From Escherichia coli (GTDB taxonomy: Bacteria; Pseudomonadota; Gammaproteobacteria; Enterobacterales; Enterobacteriaceae): a stretch of DNA of 64,000 nt. The position numbers were made by a program, and so were the translations under genes. The stretch lies in assembly GCF_003334815.1 (NCBI RefSeq), contig NZ_QOWO01000001.1; one strand, given 5' to 3'. The first letter of the stretch is position 1. The number at the start of each line of letters is the position of its first letter. Under the pieces are notes generated by a model. The model was given only the letters and a program-made list of their open reading frames with translations, searched no databases and had not been told where the DNA came from. Below, one piece after another: positions 24,816-42,148 of this stretch.

Positions 24816-26153
24816 TTAAACGGCTTTTACTGCATCGGCGATGCGGTGTGCAAATTCAGTCACCTGCGCTTCGTCTTCGCCTTCCACCATCACGCGAATT
24901 AACGGTTCGGTGCCGGATTTACGCAGCAACACGCGTCCACGGTTGCCCAGCGCAGCTTCAACCTCTGCGGTCACGGCTTTAACTGACTCATGCTCAAGTG
25001 GATCGCCGCTACCTGCGGTGTAACGTACGTTAACCAGAATCTGCGGGAACATTTTCATGCCGCTGCAAAGGTCGTGCAGGCTCATATGGTTACGTGCCAT
25101 CGCCGCCAGCACCTGCAAGCCAGCAACGATGCCGTCACCGGTAGTAGTTTTATCCAGCAGGATCACATGACCGGAATTCTCTGCACCGATACGCCAGCCT
25201 TTCTCCTGCATTTTTTCCAGTACGTAGCGGTCACCCACTTTCGCGCGCGCAAATGGAATTCCTAACTGTTTCAGCGCCAGTTCAAGCCCCATGTTGCTCA
25301 TCAATGTACCCACAGCGCCACCACGCAGCTGGCCCTGACGAAGACCTTCACGCGCGATGATATACATGATCTGATCGCCATCGACTTTATTGCCTTCATG
25401 GTCAACCATAATCACGCGATCGCCATCGCCGTCGAAGGCAATACCGAGATCCGCTTTTTCAGCCAGCACACGAGCCTGGAGCGCGCGAACGTCGGTAGCC
25501 CCCACTTCGGCATTGATGTTTACACCGTTTGGCTCACAACCGATAGCGATAACGTTCGCCCCCAGTTCGCGCAGCACGTTCGGCGCGATGTGATAAGTCG
25601 CACCGTTTGCACAATCCACCACAATCTTCAGTTCACTGAGGCTAAGTTCGTTCGGGAACGTGGCTTTGCAAAACTCGATATAGCGACCCGCGGCATCAAC
25701 GATACGGCTGGCTTTACCCAGTTCTGCCGAATCAACGCAGCTGATCTCCTTTTCCATTTCCGCTTCGATGGCCTCTTCTACCGCATCCGGCAGTTTGGTG
25801 CCGTCGATAGAGAAGAATTTAATGCCATTATCGTAGAACGGGTTATGCGATGCAGATATCACAATTCCGGCCTCTGCGCGGAAGGTACGCGTCAGATAAG
25901 CCACGGCCGGTGTTGGCATCGGGCCAGTGAAGAGTGCGGAAAGGCCCGCTGCCGCCAGACCCGCTTCCAGTGCTGACTCCAGCATATAGCCAGAAATACG
26001 CGTGTCTTTACCAATAATAATCTTACGGGAGCCGTGGCGCGCCAGCACTTTACCCGCGGCCCAACCCAGCTTAAGCACAAAATCAGGTGTGATCGGCGCA
26101 TCCCCTACACGACCACGAATCCCATCGGTACCGAAATATTTACGATTACTCAT
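24816..26153 (-). CDS. glmM: Phosphoglucosamine mutase
   Basis: ORF track 445 aa; active-site region SASHNP. Confidence 0.97.
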
Positions 26154-26994
26154 AGCGTTTGTTTTCCTTTGCAGACAGAGTGGCTTCCACCACCCGCATC
26201 GCTTCTACGGTTTCTTTGACGTCATGAACACGAATGATGTGCGCGCCTTGCATTGCGGCAATGACCGCACAGGCCAGACTACCGCTCAGGCGCTCGGACG
26301 GCCCCACGTTCAGCAGCTGCCCAATCATCGATTTTCGTGACATACCCACCAACAGCGGCAGGTTGAAATGGTGAAATTCAGCCAGGCGCGCCAGTAATGA
26401 ATAGTTATGGGAGAGATTTTTACCGAAACCGAATCCGGGGTCGAGCAACAATTTCTCTTTTGCGATACCCGCCTGCTCGCAACGTGCTATTTGCTCAATA
26501 AAGTAGCGATTCACTTCTGCAAAGACATCGTCATACTTCGGAGCTTCCTGCATGGTTTTTGGATTTCCCTGCATATGCATCAGACAAACCGGTAAACCGG
26601 TTTCTGCAGCCGCCTCCAGAGCGCCAGGTTCGGAAAGGGAGCGGATATCATTAATAATGTGAGCGCCAACTTTCGCTGACTCACGGATGACTTCTGGTTT
26701 GGATGTATCGACTGAGATCCAGACTTCGAAGCGTTGAGCAATTGCCTCAACCACAGGAATAACACGTTGCAACTCTTCTTCAACGCTAACTTCCGCCGCC
26801 CCTGGGCGCGTGGACTCGCCACCAACGTCAATGATCGTCGCGCCAGCGTTGATCATCAGATTCGCATGTTTCACCGCATCTATCAGCGAGTTATGCGTGC
26901 CACCATCCGAAAAGGAATCAGGCGTGACGTTGAGGATCCCCATTACGTGAGGATGGCTAAGGTCCAGTGAAGTACCCTGGGCAAAGAGTTTCAT
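26146..26994 (-). CDS. folP: Dihydropteroate synthase
   Basis: ORF track 26146..27060; start trimmed to [13 protein letters not shown] (282 aa); overlaps glmM start by 8 bp. Confidence 0.95.
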
Positions 26995-27083
26995 GATGTT
27001 ATCCCTGGTATGAATTGATAAGAAAAAACCCCGGAGCACGCCCCGGGGTTTTCGGTACAAATACAGTCATCTGATGCGGGAAC

Positions 27084-29018
27084 TTACTTGTCGCCTAACT
27101 GCTCTGACATGGTGTTACCCGGGTTCGGCGTACGCGGTTCATCAACCGGACGAGGAGCCTTTGGACTACCATTGTCGCCAGAATTGTTAGAAGCGCCTGG
27201 TTCTTCCCAGCCCGCTGGCGGACGTACATCGCGACGTGCCATCAGGTCATCAATCTGCGGTGCGTCGATAGTCTCATATTTCATGAGAGCATCTTTCATC
27301 GCATGCAGAATATCCATATTGTCGGTCAGAAGCTGACGCGCACGATTATAGTTACGCTCAATCAGTGCTTTCACTTCCTGGTCGATGATACGTGCAGTTT
27401 CATCGGACATATGTTTCGCTTTCGCTACGCTACGGCCGAGGAACACTTCACCTTCTTCTTCCGCGTACAGCAGTGGACCCAATTTCTCAGAGAAGCCCCA
27501 CTGAGTCACCATGTTACGTGCCAGGTTGGTCGCAACTTTAATATCGTTGGACGCACCGGTAGATACATGTTCCGGCCCGTAGATGATCTCTTCTGCCAGA
27601 CGACCACCGTACAGCGTAGAAATCTGGCTTTCCAGTTTCTGACGGCTGGCGCTGATTGCGTCGCCCTCAGGCAAGAAGAAAGTCACACCCAGCGCACGAC
27701 CGCGTGGGATAATCGTCACTTTGTGCACCGGATCGTGTTCCGGCACCAGGCGACCGATAATCGCATGACCCGCTTCGTGGTAAGCCGTCGATTCTTTCTG
27801 CGCTTCCGTCATCACCATGGAGCGACGTTCCGCACCCATCATGATTTTGTCTTTCGCTTTCTCGAACTCAACCATCGACACAACGCGTTTGTTGCCACGA
27901 GCAGCGAACAGTGCCGCTTCGTTCACCAGGTTCGCCAGGTCAGCACCGGAGAAACCAGGAGTACCACGGGCAATGATTGCCGCGTCGATATCGGGTGCCA
28001 ATGGTACGCGACGCATGTGAACTTTCAGGATCTGCTCACGACCGCGAACATCTGGCAAGCCGACCACAACCTGACGGTCGAAACGGCCAGGACGCAGCAG
28101 GGCCGGGTCGAGAACGTCCGGACGGTTAGTCGCGGCGATAACGATGATACCTTCGTTACCTTCGAAGCCATCCATCTCAACCAGCATCTGGTTCAGAGTC
28201 TGTTCACGTTCATCGTGACCACCGCCCAGACCAGCGCCACGCTGGCGGCCTACGGCGTCGATTTCATCGATAAAGATGATGCACGGTGCCGCTTTCTTCG
28301 CCTGTTCGAACATGTCACGAACACGGGATGCACCCACACCGACGAACATTTCTACGAAGTCAGAACCGGAGATAGTAAAGAACGGAACTTTCGCTTCGCC
28401 TGCAATCGCTTTCGCCAGCAGCGTTTTACCGGTACCCGGAGGACCGACCATCAAGACGCCTTTCGGGATCTTACCGCCGAGTTTCTGGAAGCGGCTCGGC
28501 TCGCGCAGATACTCAACCAGTTCAGCAACTTCTTCTTTTGCTTCGTCGCAGCCCGCAACGTCAGCAAAGGTCGTTTTGATCTGATCTTCCGTCAGCATGC
28601 GCGCTTTGCTCTTACCAAACGACATGGCACCTTTGCCACCGCCGCCCTGCATTTGACGCATGAAGAAGATCCAGACACCAATCAGCAACAGCATCGGGAA
28701 CCAAGAGATGAAGATAGAAGCCAGCAGGCTTGGTTCTTCAGGCGGTTCACCGACAACCTTGACGTTCTTGGTCAACAGGTTATCCAGTAATTTCGGATCC
28801 TGAACCGGAATGTAAGTGGTATAACGGTTACTATCTTTCTTGGTAACGTTGATTTCACGTCCGTTGATACGCGCTTCACGAACCTGGTCGTTATTGACCT
28901 CTTGTAGGAAGGTAGAGTAATCCACCTTACGGCCATTAGACTCGCTGGGCCCAAAGCTCTGGAATACTGACATCAGCACAACGGCAATGACCAGCCAGAG
29001 TATTAGGTTTTTCGCCAT
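27084..29018 (-). CDS. ftsH: ATP-dependent zinc metalloprotease FtsH (HflB)
   Basis: ORF track 647 aa; start trimmed to [10 protein letters not shown] (644 aa); Walker A GPPGTGKT, zinc site HEAGH. Confidence 0.96.
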
Positions 29019-29117
29019 GTCACTCAAGGGATTAACCTCTTATTACAACTGTGTTAAAAACAGCGTCAGGATACTCTATATCCAGCATCTTTCAAACTTT
29101 CGTCTGAAATCTCCCGG

Positions 29118-29747
29118 TTAGGGTTTACGCCCGGTCGCTACAATATACACTTCCCGCGAACGTGCACGAGAAGAGTCCGGCTTACGAACTTTGACCTTCG
29201 TAAACAGGGAGCGAATTTCCCTTAGATACTCATCGAAACCTTCGCCCTGGAACACCTTCACTACAAAACTGCCACCTGGCGCTAATACATCACGACACAT
29301 TTCTAGCGCCAGTTCCACCAGATACATGGCACGGGGGATATCCACCGCCGGTGTTCCGCTCATGTTTGGTGCCATATCGGACATGACAACCTGGACTTTG
29401 CTGTCGCCAACGCGCTCCAGCAGTGCTTTCATCACCAGTTCATCACGAAAATCGCCCTGAAGAAAGTCCACACCAACGATAGGATCCATAGGTAAAAGAT
29501 CGCAAGCGATGATGCGGCCTTTGCCGCCAATTTGGGTGACCACATATTGTGACCAACCACCCGGAGCAGCACCAAGGTCGACAACCGTCATTCCCGGTTT
29601 AAAGAGTTTGTCACTTTGCTGTATTTCATCAAGTTTAAACCAGGCACGGGAACGTAACCCCTTTTTCTGTGCCTGTTGAACATATTTATCGCTAAAGTGT
29701 TCCTGAAGCCAGCGGCTGGAGCTGGCAGAACGCTTCTTACCTGTCAT
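29118..29747 (-). CDS. rlmE: 23S rRNA U2552 2'-O-methyltransferase RlmE (FtsJ/RrmJ)
   Basis: ORF track 209 aa; SAM-binding [11 protein letters not shown]. Confidence 0.96.
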
Positions 29748-29872
29748 TTAACTTTCCCATGGGGATAACTCATCGTAACCAATTGCGTAAATTTTTACGC
29801 GCCTATTTGGTGATATATGGGAGATGGCGGTAGAATGACCCGTTTTCAATCCCAACGTAAGCAAAAAATACG

Positions 29873-30166
29873 ATGAATCTGAGTACTAAACAAAAACAGC
29901 ACCTGAAAGGTCTGGCACATCCGCTCAAGCCAGTTGTTCTGCTTGGCAGTAATGGTTTGACCGAAGGGGTGCTGGCCGAGATTGAACAAGCGTTAGAGCA
30001 CCATGAACTCATCAAGGTGAAAATCGCCACCGAAGATCGCGAAACTAAAACCTTGATCGTGGAAGCTATCGTGCGCGAAACCGGCGCCTGTAATGTACAG
30101 GTCATCGGTAAAACGCTGGTGCTTTATCGCCCAACTAAAGAACGTAAAATCTCGCTGCCACGCTAA
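29873..30166 (+). CDS. yhbY: CRM/YhbY-domain RNA-binding protein
   Basis: ORF track 97 aa. Confidence 0.93.
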   Translation: MNLSTKQKQHLKGLAHPLKPVVLLGSNGLTEGVLAEIEQALEHHELIKVKIATEDRETKTLIVEAIVRETGACNVQVIGKTLVLYRPTKERKISLPR

Positions 30167-30253
30167 GATTATCCTAAAGTTACACACATTTGCTGTGTAA
30201 AACGAGGGGTTTTCCGCAGGCAGGAGAGCAAAATGCCACGCTCTGTTCGTTGA

Positions 30254-30285
30254 TAAAAGGCCGCATAGCGGCCTTTTTCCTTTCT
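30254..30285. terminator. Bidirectional Rho-independent terminator between convergent yhbY and greA
   Basis: GGCCGC-ata-GCGGCC flanked by A-run upstream and TTTTTCCTTTC downstream. Confidence 0.8.
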
Positions 30286-30321
30286 TTACAATACATCAAC
30301 ATCTTGAGTATTGGGTAATTC

Positions 30322-30798
<477 letters not shown>

Positions 30799-30892
30799 TT
30801 GTTATACCTCTTGAATATTCCTGATAGGGCAAGTCTTCACCCACCCCGGCTGTTCGGCCTGCCCGGCATAACTCCTTACCGGGACCAGAAGC

Positions 30893-30926
30893 AAAAAAAT
30901 ACCGACCCGGGTACAAGTCCCAGGTC
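30893..30926 (-). terminator. graL: Hairpin plus U-run in the greA leader (probable terminator generating GraL short transcripts)
   Basis: Minus strand GACCTGGG-ACTTGTA-CCCGGGTC then GGTA and TTTTTTT, about 95-130 nt upstream of greA ATG. GraL assignment from recall. Confidence 0.5.
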
Positions 30927-31045
30927 AGCTACAATTCACATTTTGATAGTCATTTTACCCTGAAGTTCCCGAAGGGTCATCGTTTACTTTATAGGGCGTT
31001 GCGCCGTAGTATGACGGCTCGATTCCAGGTTGTTAGCGCGAGATT

Positions 31046-32479
31046 ATGCGATTTTCCAGATTTATCATCGGATTGACCAGCTGTATAGCGTTCAGTGTTC
31101 AGGCCGCAAATGTTGATGAGTACATTACTCAACTCCCCGCTGGTGCCAACCTTGCCCTGATGGTGCAAAAAGTCGGCGCGTCGGCCCCCGCTATTGATTA
31201 CCACAGTCAGCAGATGGCGCTGCCTGCCAGTACCCAGAAAGTGATTACTGCGCTGGCGGCGTTGATTCAACTCGGCCCCGATTTTCGTTTTACCACGACG
31301 CTTGAAACCAAAGGCAATGTGGAAAACGGCGTACTTAAGGGTGACTTAGTGGCGCGATTTGGTGCCGATCCGACGTTAAAACGTCAGGATATTCGCAATA
31401 TGGTCGCGACTTTGAAAAAATCTGGCGTCAACCAAATCGATGGCAATGTGTTGATAGATACCTCCATTTTCGCCAGCCACGATAAAGCCCCCGGCTGGCC
31501 ATGGAATGACATGACACAATGCTTTAGCGCTCCGCCTGCCGCCGCCATAGTTGACCGCAACTGTTTCTCCGTCTCGCTCTACAGTGCCCCAAAGCCTGGT
31601 GATATGGCTTTTATACGCGTGGCATCTTATTACCCCGTTACGATGTTCAGCCAGGTACGCACCCTCCCCCGTGGTTCTGCCGAAGCGCAATACTGCGAAC
31701 TGGATGTGGTGCCAGGCGACCTGAACCGCTTTACGCTGACGGGATGCCTGCCACAACGTTCTGAGCCGCTCCCGTTGGCTTTTGCCGTGCAGGATGGAGC
31801 CAGCTATGCCGGTGCAATTCTGAAAGATGAGTTAAAACAGGCGGGTATCACCTGGAGCGGAACACTGCTGCGCCAGACTCAGGTTAACGAACCTGGAACG
31901 GTAGTTGCCAGTAAACAGTCGGCCCCGCTGCACGATCTGCTTAAGATTATGCTGAAAAAGTCGGACAACATGATCGCCGATACGGTTTTCCGCATGATAG
32001 GCCATGCGCGCTTCAATGTGCCTGGAACATGGCGGGCCGGGTCGGACGCCGTGCGTCAGATCCTGCGCCAGCAAGCCGGTGTCGATATTGGAAACACCAT
32101 TATTGCCGATGGTTCAGGGCTTTCGCGGCATAACCTGATTGCCCCCGCCACCATGATGCAGGTGCTGCAATACATTGCCCAACACGACAATGAACTTAAC
32201 TTTATCTCCATGCTGCCGCTGGCGGGCTATGACGGCTCTTTGCAGTACCGTGCAGGTCTGCATCAGGCGGGCGTGGATGGAAAAGTCTCAGCGAAAACCG
32301 GTTCGTTGCAGGGGGTATATAACCTGGCGGGATTCATTACCACAGCGAGCGGGCAACGAATGGCGTTTGTGCAATATCTTTCTGGCTATGCAGTAGAACC
32401 TGCGGATCAGCGTAATCGCCGTATTCCGTTAGTGCGTTTTGAAAGCCGTTTGTATAAAGATATTTATCAGAACAATTAG
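31046..32479 (+). CDS. dacB: D-alanyl-D-alanine carboxypeptidase/endopeptidase PBP4
   Basis: ORF track 477 aa; signal peptide; active-site STQK. Confidence 0.96.
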   Translation: MRFSRFIIGLTSCIAFSVQAANVDEYITQLPAGANLALMVQKVGASAPAIDYHSQQMALPASTQKVITALAALIQLGPDFRFTTTLETKGNVENGVLKGDLVARFGADPTLKRQDIRNMVATLKKSGVNQIDGNVLIDTSIFASHDKAPGWPWNDMTQCFSAPPAAAIVDRNCFSVSLYSAPKPGDMAFIRVASYYPVTMFSQVRTLPRGSAEAQYCELDVVPGDLNRFTLTGCLPQRSEPLPLAFAVQDGASYAGAILKDELKQAGITWSGTLLRQTQVNEPGTVVASKQSAPLHDLLKIMLKKSDNMIADTVFRMIGHARFNVPGTWRAGSDAVRQILRQQAGVDIGNTIIADGSGLSRHNLIAPATMMQVLQYIAQHDNELNFISMLPLAGYDGSLQYRAGLHQAGVDGKVSAKTGSLQGVYNLAGFITTASGQRMAFVQYLSGYAVEPADQRNRRIPLVRFESRLYKDIYQNN

Positions 32480-32481
32480 TC

Positions 32482-32520
32482 AAAAAGAAACCCCGGCACA
32501 TGGCCGGGGCTTCAGATTAT
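32482..32520. terminator. Bidirectional terminator between convergent dacB and obgE
   Basis: CCCCGGC-acatg-GCCGGGG; minus strand followed by TTTCTTTTT. Confidence 0.7.
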
Positions 32521-32542
32521 TGACAAAGTGCGCTTTGTTTAT

Positions 32543-32640
<98 letters not shown>

Positions 32641-32664
32641 TGATTTGGCGTTTATCATCAGTGA

Positions 32665-33852
<1,188 letters not shown>

Positions 33853-34818
33853 TCATTCGCCTGCGCGGGGTTGCGATACCACCGTTGTATGCTTACGTAA
33901 TCCGCCCCAAATACGATGACCAATGGCGGAATACATCGCGCCCGCAACCACGACAAACGCACCGAGATAACCTAAAAGGTTTAACATCGGTCTGGCGAAG
34001 AAATCGGGCCAGGCCAGTGATAAAAGATCTGAAAAAAACAGCGTAAACAGTGGGGTGAGCGTGATGATCGCGCTCACCTGCGCTGCCTGCCAGCGAGCCA
34101 TCGCTTCCGCCAGGGCGCCATATCCTACCAAGGTATTCAGTCCGCAAAAAATTAAACATGCGAGCTGCCAGTGGCTAAGCTGCGCTATCACTCCAGGCTT
34201 TGCCAGAGGGAAGAGCGCAATTGTACATAAAGTGTACAGTAAAAACAGGATCTGCGGTGAGGCCAGCCGACGCAATAAAACCTTTTGCGCCACGCCATAA
34301 CTCACCCAAACCGTCGCCGCACCGACCCCAAAGATAACTCCCCAGGTGTAATCGGTGAGCTTTGTAAATATCTCGACCAGACTGGTGTTAAAAAACATCA
34401 CCAGGCCGCTCAGGAGCATCAATGCCCCTACAACCTGAGTGCTGCGCATTTTCTCTTTGAGGATAAATACGCTGGCAACCATCATGCCAACTGGCGAGAG
34501 TTGCCCAATCACCTGCGAAGCGGTCGGACTCAGGTATTGCAAGGATGAGCTGAACAGGATGAAGTTCCCAAACAGCCCGGCGGTCGCCACTGCCAACAAA
34601 ATCAACCAGCGTGGCTTACGAAACACGCGTAATGGCGGCAACCTCTTCTTCACCGCAAGAATGGCACCCAGGCCAATACTCGCCATCAAGAAACGGTAAA
34701 ACACGATTGTCGGAGGTTCCATCACCTCCAGCACCTGCTTCATTGCGATTGGCAACGCCCCCCAGCAAATTGCTGTGGTGAGCGCCAAAAGAATGCCAAT
34801 GCCTGCCTGCTGCTTCAT
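33853..34818 (-). CDS. yhbE: EamA/DMT family inner-membrane transporter YhbE
   Basis: ORF track 321 aa, polytopic. Confidence 0.9.
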   Translation of the reverse strand: MKQQAGIGILLALTTAICWGALPIAMKQVLEVMEPPTIVFYRFLMASIGLGAILAVKKRLPPLRVFRKPRWLILLAVATAGLFGNFILFSSSLQYLSPTASQVIGQLSPVGMMVASVFILKEKMRSTQVVGALMLLSGLVMFFNTSLVEIFTKLTDYTWGVIFGVGAATVWVSYGVAQKVLLRRLASPQILFLLYTLCTIALFPLAKPGVIAQLSHWQLACLIFCGLNTLVGYGALAEAMARWQAAQVSAIITLTPLFTLFFSDLLSLAWPDFFARPMLNLLGYLGAFVVVAGAMYSAIGHRIWGGLRKHTTVVSQPRAGE

Positions 34819-34889
34819 ACCGTATTCCCTGCAAAGCGCATTTGCGGATTAACGTCGCACCATGCGCATTTTTACCGGTTATCGAATGT

Positions 34890-34918
34890 AAAAAGCCCCG
34901 CAACGTGTTGCGGGGCTT
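34890..34918 (-). terminator. Rho-independent terminator downstream of rpmA
   Basis: Minus strand GCCCCGCAAC-acg-TTGCGGGGC followed by TTTTTAC. Confidence 0.85.
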
Positions 34919-34944
34919 TCATCCGTTACCGGGACGCGAAAAAC

Positions 34945-35570
<626 letters not shown>

Positions 35571-35792
35571 TCAGAGTGCGCTATAAATATTCACAATAGG
35601 GCGCGAATATTACGCAAAACGCACGCCTTTGACAAGTGCTACAGTCAATACACGAAGAAAAAAAACACAACTTGTACGGTAACGTTTATCTGTGCCATTT
35701 TTTCAGTACAATCACCCTATATTCCTAACCATAAACCCTAAGTTGCCTTTGTTCACAGTAAGGTAATCGGGGCGAAAAGCCCGGCTTTTGCG

Positions 35793-36764
35793 ATGAATTT
35801 AGAAAAAATCAATGAGTTAACCGCGCAAGATATGGCGGGTGTTAATGCGGCAATCCTTGAGCAGCTTAATTCCGACGTCCAACTGATCAATCAGTTAGGC
35901 TATTACATCGTCAGCGGCGGCGGTAAACGTATTCGTCCGATGATTGCTGTACTGGCTGCACGAGCTGTTGGCTATGAGGGAAATGCGCATGTCACCATTG
36001 CTGCCCTGATCGAGTTTATCCACACGGCGACTCTGCTACACGACGACGTTGTGGATGAATCAGATATGCGCAGGGGTAAAGCTACCGCCAACGCCGCATT
36101 TGGCAATGCCGCCAGCGTGCTGGTAGGCGATTTTATTTATACCCGCGCTTTCCAGATGATGACCAGCCTCGGTTCGCTCAAAGTGCTGGAAGTCATGTCA
36201 GAAGCCGTAAACGTCATCGCAGAAGGTGAAGTTCTGCAACTGATGAACGTTAACGATCCGGACATCACTGAAGAAAACTACATGCGCGTTATCTATAGCA
36301 AAACCGCGCGTCTGTTTGAGGCTGCCGCGCAGTGTTCCGGGATTCTGGCTGGCTGTACGCCGGAGGAGGAGAAAGGCCTGCAGGATTATGGGCGCTATCT
36401 CGGCACTGCTTTCCAGTTGATCGACGATTTACTCGATTACAATGCCGATGGCGAACAGTTAGGTAAAAATGTCGGCGACGATCTGAACGAAGGTAAACCG
36501 ACGCTGCCGCTGCTGCATGCGATGCATCATGGCACACCAGAACAGGCACAGATGATCCGTACCGCCATCGAACAGGGTAACGGTCGCCATCTTCTGGAAC
36601 CGGTTCTGGAAGCAATGAACGCTTGTGGATCTCTTGAATGGACGCGTCAGCGTGCCGAGGAAGAAGCAGACAAAGCCATCGCAGCGTTACAGGTGCTCCC
36701 GGACACCCCTTGGCGAGAAGCACTCATCGGCCTCGCGCACATCGCTGTTCAACGCGATCGTTAA
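35793..36764 (+). CDS. ispB: Octaprenyl diphosphate synthase
   Basis: ORF track 323 aa; DDxxD motifs LLHDDVVDESD and LIDDLLD. Confidence 0.96.
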   Translation: MNLEKINELTAQDMAGVNAAILEQLNSDVQLINQLGYYIVSGGGKRIRPMIAVLAARAVGYEGNAHVTIAALIEFIHTATLLHDDVVDESDMRRGKATANAAFGNAASVLVGDFIYTRAFQMMTSLGSLKVLEVMSEAVNVIAEGEVLQLMNVNDPDITEENYMRVIYSKTARLFEAAAQCSGILAGCTPEEEKGLQDYGRYLGTAFQLIDDLLDYNADGEQLGKNVGDDLNEGKPTLPLLHAMHHGTPEQAQMIRTAIEQGNGRHLLEPVLEAMNACGSLEWTRQRAEEEADKAIAALQVLPDTPWREALIGLAHIAVQRDR

Positions 36765-36991
36765 TCCCCTCCCCTCATCCCGCGCAGCGCGCGGGATGGT
36801 TCCAGTAAGTTCCATAAAAACACTTATTCAGCTCTATAACACCTGAAAAATAGGGATGTGCATCTTTATATATTCTGAATATTCACACTCTTTACAGGAA
36901 CTTTTTAGAGCAATAGGCCATCAGGAGTATAGTGATGCTCGACAGAAGAAGTGTTCTGAATGAAAGCGACTAACTTAAGGAGTGAGGAAAA

Positions 36992-37270
36992 ATGGAAAGT
37001 AATTTCATTGACTGGCATCCCGCTGACATCATTGCGGGTTTGCGCAAGAAGGGAACGTCAATGGCGGCGGAATCTCGCAGAAATGGTTTGAGTTCCTCAA
37101 CGCTGGCGAATGCATTATCGCGCCCATGGCCGAAAGGAGAGATGATTATTGCGAAAGCCCTGGGAACTGACCCCTGGGTTATCTGGCCATCACGCTACCA
37201 TGATCCGCAGACCCATGAGTTTATCGACAGAACGCAGTTGATGCGTAGCTACACTAAACCGAAAAAATGA
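36992..37270 (+). CDS. sfsB: Ner-like DNA-binding regulator SfsB (Nlp)
   Basis: ORF track 92 aa; helix-turn-helix. Confidence 0.93.
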   Translation: MESNFIDWHPADIIAGLRKKGTSMAAESRRNGLSSSTLANALSRPWPKGEMIIAKALGTDPWVIWPSRYHDPQTHEFIDRTQLMRSYTKPKK

Positions 37271-37283
37271 GTGGTCTGGCGGT

Positions 37284-37301
37284 AGCCCCGCGAACGGGGC
37301 T
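37284..37301. terminator. GC hairpin between convergent sfsB and murA (candidate terminator, no clear U-run)
   Basis: AGCCCCG-cgaa-CGGGGCT. Confidence 0.45.
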
Positions 37302-37317
37302 GCCAGCTCTCAGACGA

Positions 37318-38577
<1,260 letters not shown>

Positions 38578-38631
38578 TTAGTTTGTTCTCAGTTAACAAT
38601 TCATATCCGCTACCGGCGAATCGCCCATAGC

Positions 38632-38886
38632 TCAAAAGCCGTTCAGTTTGCGATCGCGCGCCCACTCCGCAGGGGTATACGCTTTGATCGACACAGCATG
38701 AATGCGGTTATCCGCAATATATTCCATCAGCGGACCATAGACCGTCTGCTGTTTTTTAACCCGACTCATGCCGTCAAACAACTCACCCACGGCAATAACC
38801 TGAAAGTGGCTGCCATCGCCGGAAACGTGGACTTCCTGGAGGGAGAGAGCGTTCATCAACACGCTCTGAATTTCATTATTTTCCAT
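38632..38886 (-). CDS. ibaG: BolA-family acid-stress protein IbaG (YrbA)
   Basis: ORF track 38632..38901; start trimmed to [14 protein letters not shown] (84 aa). Confidence 0.9.
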
Positions 38887-39000
38887 GGGATCTTCAATCA
38901 TCAGTTAATAAACCAGCGAAACATCTTAGAGCAAAGTTGCGCTGGCATAAATAAGCAAAAAGCCTCGCTGATAAATCAGACAAGGCTCGACTTGCAGGCA

Positions 39001-39040
39001 GGTTTGCCGGACAGGCGGTTAACGCCATATCCGGCCTGAA
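39001..39040. repeat. REP element between mlaB and ibaG
   Basis: TGCCGGACAGGCGGTTAACGCCATATCCGGCCTG. Confidence 0.6.
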
Positions 39041-39045
39041 AAAAT

Positions 39046-39338
39046 TTAACGAGGCAGAACATCAGCAGGCAAATTATACAATTTCGCCAGGGTATACACT
39101 TTGTCGTTTACCCCCTGAAGCGTCACATTGTTGCCCTGCTTTTTCGCCAGATCGATAAGATGGAGCAGCAGTGCCAGTCCCCCCGTATCCACGCGGGAGA
39201 CACGGCTAAGATCGATGCAGGTAATCCCCTTCACCGCTTCCTCACGCATTTCCCAAAGCGGTAGCAAAACGTCCTGATCCAGCTCTCCGGATAACGCCAG
39301 CGTGTCACCCGTCTGCATCCAGCTCAGTGACTCGCTCA

Positions 39339-39339
<1 letters not shown>
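39046..39339 (-). CDS. mlaB: Mla pathway STAS-domain protein MlaB
   Basis: ORF track 39046..39435; start trimmed to MSESLSWMQTGDT (97 aa); start overlaps mlaC stop by 1 nt. Confidence 0.9.
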
Positions 39340-39992
<653 letters not shown>

Positions 39993-40544
39993 TTATTTCG
40001 TTGTACCCACAGGTTCAGTGGTTTCATTATTACCTGGCGCAGCAGCTGGCGCATCGCCACTATTCTTATTGTCATCGCCTTTACTACCGTAAAGGAACTG
40101 ACCAATGAGATCTTCCAGCACCATCGCAGACTTAGTGTCCTGAATTGTATCGCCATCCTTCAGGATAGCAGTCCCCAGTTCCGGGTCTTCAAAACCGACG
40201 TTTAATGCCAGATATTGTTCCCCCAGCAGGCCGGAAGTACGAATGCTCAGCGAACTGGTATCTGGAATGTGGTTATAACGTTGTTCAATTTCCAGCGTTA
40301 CGCGCGGCAGATAGGTTTTCGGGTCCAGCGTAATATCCGCCACCCGACCCACAACAACGCCACCAATACTGACCGGAGAGCGCGCTTTCAGGCCGCCAAT
40401 GTTATCGAACGTCGCATAAAGCGTGTAGGTCGGTTCAGTACGTATGGACGTCACGTTCGCCGCCTTCAGGCAAACAAACAGCGCCGCCAGCAGTGCTGCT
40501 AATAAAAAGATACCCACCCAAATTTCATTTTTTTTCGTTTGCAT
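39993..40544 (-). CDS. mlaD: MCE-domain protein MlaD
   Basis: ORF track 39993..40559; start trimmed to MQTKKNEIWVG (183 aa). Confidence 0.93.
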   Translation of the reverse strand: MQTKKNEIWVGIFLLAALLAALFVCLKAANVTSIRTEPTYTLYATFDNIGGLKARSPVSIGGVVVGRVADITLDPKTYLPRVTLEIEQRYNHIPDTSSLSIRTSGLLGEQYLALNVGFEDPELGTAILKDGDTIQDTKSAMVLEDLIGQFLYGSKGDDNKNSGDAPAAAPGNNETTEPVGTTK

Positions 40545-40548
40545 GAAC

Positions 40549-42148
<1,600 letters not shown>

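Noticed and set aside
27303-28790. 495-aa plus-strand ORF
   Set aside because: Antisense within ftsH, whose AAA+ and zinc-protease motifs are clear.
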